From NCBI RefSeq assembly GCF_009914755.1, contig NC_060932.1: a stretch of DNA of 64,000 nucleotides. One strand, written 5' to 3'. Shown piece by piece: positions 60,436 to 64,000 of the stretch. The notes under the pieces are model-generated. The model did no database searches, was not told the DNA's origin, and worked only from the letters and a program-made list of their open reading frames with translations. The translations under genes and the position numbers were made by a program. The DNA comes from the human T2T-CHM13v2.0 reference genome, Homo sapiens. Position 1 is the first letter of the stretch; the number at the start of each line of letters is the position of its first letter.

Positions 60436-61099
60436 AAGTTTAAATTCCACTTAGTTACAAAAAAAATTGGTTTGTGCATTTTAGTCACTGACCGATTTGG
60501 CTGAATTGCTCTTCCTACACCTTGTATCATTTTATCTTCCCACTAATGTTAATAAGATTTTCTAAATTTCCATTCATTTGAAAAAAATTAAATATAACAA
60601 AATGTTCATAATTTTTAAATCTGGTAGATGAAAAAGTGATTTCCAAAGGATTATTTTAACTTTCATTTCTTAGAGAAGTAGAATATCCTTTCAAATGAGC
60701 ATGAGTCACTTTCTCATGTATTTTTTCTGAGCTACCTATTCATTTCTTTTGATCAGTTTTCTTTTTTTGTTGTTTTTTGTTTTTTGTAACAATATGTAAA
60801 AAGCGCTATGTAGGATTAGTCATTATTTGTCTGTTATGTATGTTAAAAATACGTTTACTCTTCAATTGTTAGTCTTTTGACTTGGTTTAGTGATTCTTTA
60901 GAGGGCCTTTGCCCTTTATGAGAAAGTTGTGACAATCTATGAAGCTGGAGAAGATGGTAGGATTTGGGTGTACACAGGACTTTGGAAAATTTTGCTAAAG
61001 ACCAGTCTTGGATACAGGAAAATAAAAGGAAATAATTTATTCTTATTGTTTCTTCTTTATTTTGAATTTAATTTAGACAGATAGTACAGTCTACATGGC

Positions 61100-61349
61100 A
61101 ATCTAGGGGATGGGGTAAGGACAAATGTTGACCAAAGGGTACAAAGTTTTAGTTAGCCTGGAGGAATATGTTTTAGTCATCTACTGCACTGAATGGTGAC
61201 CACAGTTGATAACAATGTATTTTATATTTCAAAATTGCTAAAAGGATAGATGTTCAATGCTCTCACTACTGAATAATGATAAATTGATGAGGTGGTGAAT
61301 ATATTAAGTAGCTTCATTGACTCTTTCAACATACATAAATTAAAACATC
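61100..61349 (+). mobile_element. L1MA/L1PB 3'UTR segment
   Basis: caaagggtacaaagttttagttag...tatatttcaaaattgctaaaag. Confidence 0.75.
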
Positions 61350-61957
61350 CATTTATTTTTGTATATGGTTAAAGATAGGGGTCCAGTTTCATTCTTCTAC
61401 ATATGGCTAGCCAGCGATCGCAGCACAATTTATTGAATGGGGAGTCCTTTCTTCATTGCTTGTTTCTATTAGCCTTGTTGAGCATCAGATAATTGTAGCT
61501 GTGCAGCTTTACTTCTGAGGTTTCTGTTCTGCTCCATTGCTCTATGTGTCTGTGTCTGTACCAGTACTAAGCTATTTTGGTTATTGTGGCTTTATAGTAT
61601 AGTTTGAATTTTGGTAGTGTGATTCTTGTTTTATTCTTTTTGCTTACAATTGTTTTGGCTATTTGGGCTCTTTTTTGTGGTTCCTTATGACTTTTAAAGT
61701 ACTTTTTTTCTAATTCTGTGAAGAATGACTTTGGTAGTTTTATAGGAATAGCATTGAATCTGTAAATTGCTTTGGGCAGTATAGGCCGTTTTTACAATAA
61801 TGATTCTTTCACTCCATTATCATGGAAATTTTTCCACTTATTCATGTCATCTCTGATTTCTTTCAAGAATGTTTTGTAATTCTCCTTGTAGAGATCTCTT
61901 GTCTCTTTGGTTAGCTGTATTTCTTGGTATTTCATTTTTTGTGTGTGGCTACTGTGG
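61350..61957 (-). mobile_element. L1 (L1PB/L1MA-like) ORF2 fragment
   Basis: gtatatggttaaagataggggtccagtttcattctt...gcattgaatctgtaaattgctttgggcagta. Confidence 0.88.
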
Positions 61958-63739
61958 AATTATTTCCCACAATTTACATCTCCTTCTATCCCTCCAAAAG
62001 CCTATATTTTATTGAGAATACATATAGTAAGACTCAAAAACCTCCACTCTCTATATAAATCTCTCCATTTAATTTTATTCCAATTAGTAATATGAGTAGA
62101 CTGTACAATAATAAATAGGACTTGTGGGAGCTTAAATACTCATCATCAATTTTAATTTTCTTGCTATCAGAAATATCTTTCAAGTTGAAAACAACCAGTT
62201 TCCAAACAACCTTTTAGAACAGAGAAAATATGAAGTCTGCCTATAATGAAGTCTGAATTTATAGTATAGAATAAATATAGCTTTTTACATTTCCTTTGCT
62301 CACTTTTATAGACAAAGCAGTGTAAAGATTAATTTACAGACTCATGTTTCTCTGGAAGGTCTTGATTAAAAAAAAATCTTAAGTCCCCTAAAGCCCAGTT
62401 TAAAAAATGGTTTAGCCTGTACAATAATTTGATTCAATTAGTAATGATTTGGCAGATCCAAAAGAAAAGTCATTTATTTGTTATTCACCAAATGATGATA
62501 AAGTATTGTAATTTCCTAAATATTGTCAGCAGCTATGCACACACATAATGTAGACAATGTTCTTGTGGTAAGAAAGTTTTAGATTATTAAAGAATGTGGA
62601 AAATCTTAGAGTCACCTTTGTTACCTTTAGAAATAATTGCAGAGAATTCTGAATAGAAATCTAATTGCGGGAGTTGAAGATATTCTTAACATTTCTTTCA
62701 ATTAGGAACCCTGCCCTAGTTGTTTTTCAGTAAAGAATAGCAAAGCCATATTATTTAAAGTGTCGTATATTCATTGGTAATGACAAATGCTCAGCAACTT
62801 GTCTGAGACCTGAAGGTTGCCTAGCATGGCAAGCACAGCCCTATTTTACTTGCTAGACTCAATTAAAATCTAGGTCTCCTGAGCAGTTTCTAGGTAGAGA
62901 CCCAATCAGATGATTAGTTCACATTCTAATGACAAAAAACATTGCTGGAGACATTTAATTTTCAGCACCAGAGGCTTTCTTGATAAAAGCTTTAAAAAAT
63001 AGCTAGAAAATCTTATTTTAAAAATGAGAAAAAGCATCACTGCCTGATAATATAAAGGAACAATCACTGAAAGGAGAAGAAAATAAGGATTGTTGTCATC
63101 GTTTGACAATACATTTTAAGGGTTACTTGGTACAATAAGAATTGCTCGTACACTCAGAAGAGTGACAGCATGGTGGAACTGAGATTATTAGACCAAATTA
63201 TACTTAGTCTTTCAGCTTTTATTTTTAGAGACATATCTGCATGTTTATTATCGAAAGTGTAACATTTTTACCAAGGCTTGCTCCCATGATGTTGAATCAG
63301 AAAGAGCAAATATTTTAATCATTCTCTAAAGGATGTTTAAAATCTTGTTATAAAAACAATGATTCAAGGAACAAGTCTCACCCCTTAATTTTAAAACTAT
63401 TTTAAAAATATTAAGCCCAAACCATTATGGTATAAGCCATGAGTGGCTGGATTTCAATGCTCTTTACCATGGAGCACGCAGAGATTTTACTTATAGCACT
63501 GCAGCTTTTGTCCACTTTAGTTCTCCATGGAATTAATGGTCTAAGAAAAATATATTAACACACACCCCAAAATAACATATTATTTTCTCAGTGAGTTCGA
63601 TTATATTTTCTCAAGAGGATTGCATAAAATGTACTATGAAGAGCCATAAAAACATAACTGGAAAAACATACAAATTACTCTCCTGGCACTCCTGGAATCA
63701 GTCCTACCTCTCTCTGTTCTTTTGCAACCAAGCTTTCTT

Positions 63740-63990
63740 TTAAAAATTATGCTAATTTTTCTTTTTCAAACCCAGTTACTCCTTTCTTTTCCAATCCAAC
63801 ATCTGTTCTCCTACTTACACTGTTCTCATTTTGGTCACCAGTAGCCTCCAAATAGCTAGAGCCAAAGGACATTTATATACCCTGATTTTGCTATATCTCT
63901 GTAGGTTTTGACAATGTTGATAACTTGCCACCACTTAACATTTTCTTCTCCCTTAGCTAATGTGACAAAATTCATTCTCATTATGAAAGT
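63740..63990 (-). mobile_element. L2 LINE fragment
   Basis: ggtcaccagtagcctccaaatagctagagccaaaggaca...ttttgacaatgttga. Confidence 0.6.
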
Positions 63991-64000
63991 CTGTGTTTAA

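Overview
AT-rich, CpG-depleted primate genomic DNA, most likely human given a near-consensus AluYa5. I see no protein-coding exon, RNA gene or CpG island. The supplied ORFs are chance frames or Alu/L1/LTR-derived, and the only recognisable peptides are L1 ORF2p C-terminal fragments. The window is intergenic or deep-intronic and dominated by interspersed repeats: Alus, L1s of many ages, MaLR/ERVL/ERVK LTRs, Tigger/MER DNA transposons, MIR and L2. The most interesting signal is three short inserts that appear copied from sequence 1.2-2.3 kb away: an inverted L1/flank junction copy inside an Alu, a permuted two-segment copy that skips a hairpin, and an LTR16 piece inside a MIR. Also notable are a young AluYa5, a twin-primed inverted L1, and three co-oriented THE1 LTRs that keep DUX4-type motifs. 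All family and subfamily calls, boundaries and identities are by eye and from recalled consensus sequences, so they need RepeatMasker/BLAST confirmation. I found no convincing novel gene system.
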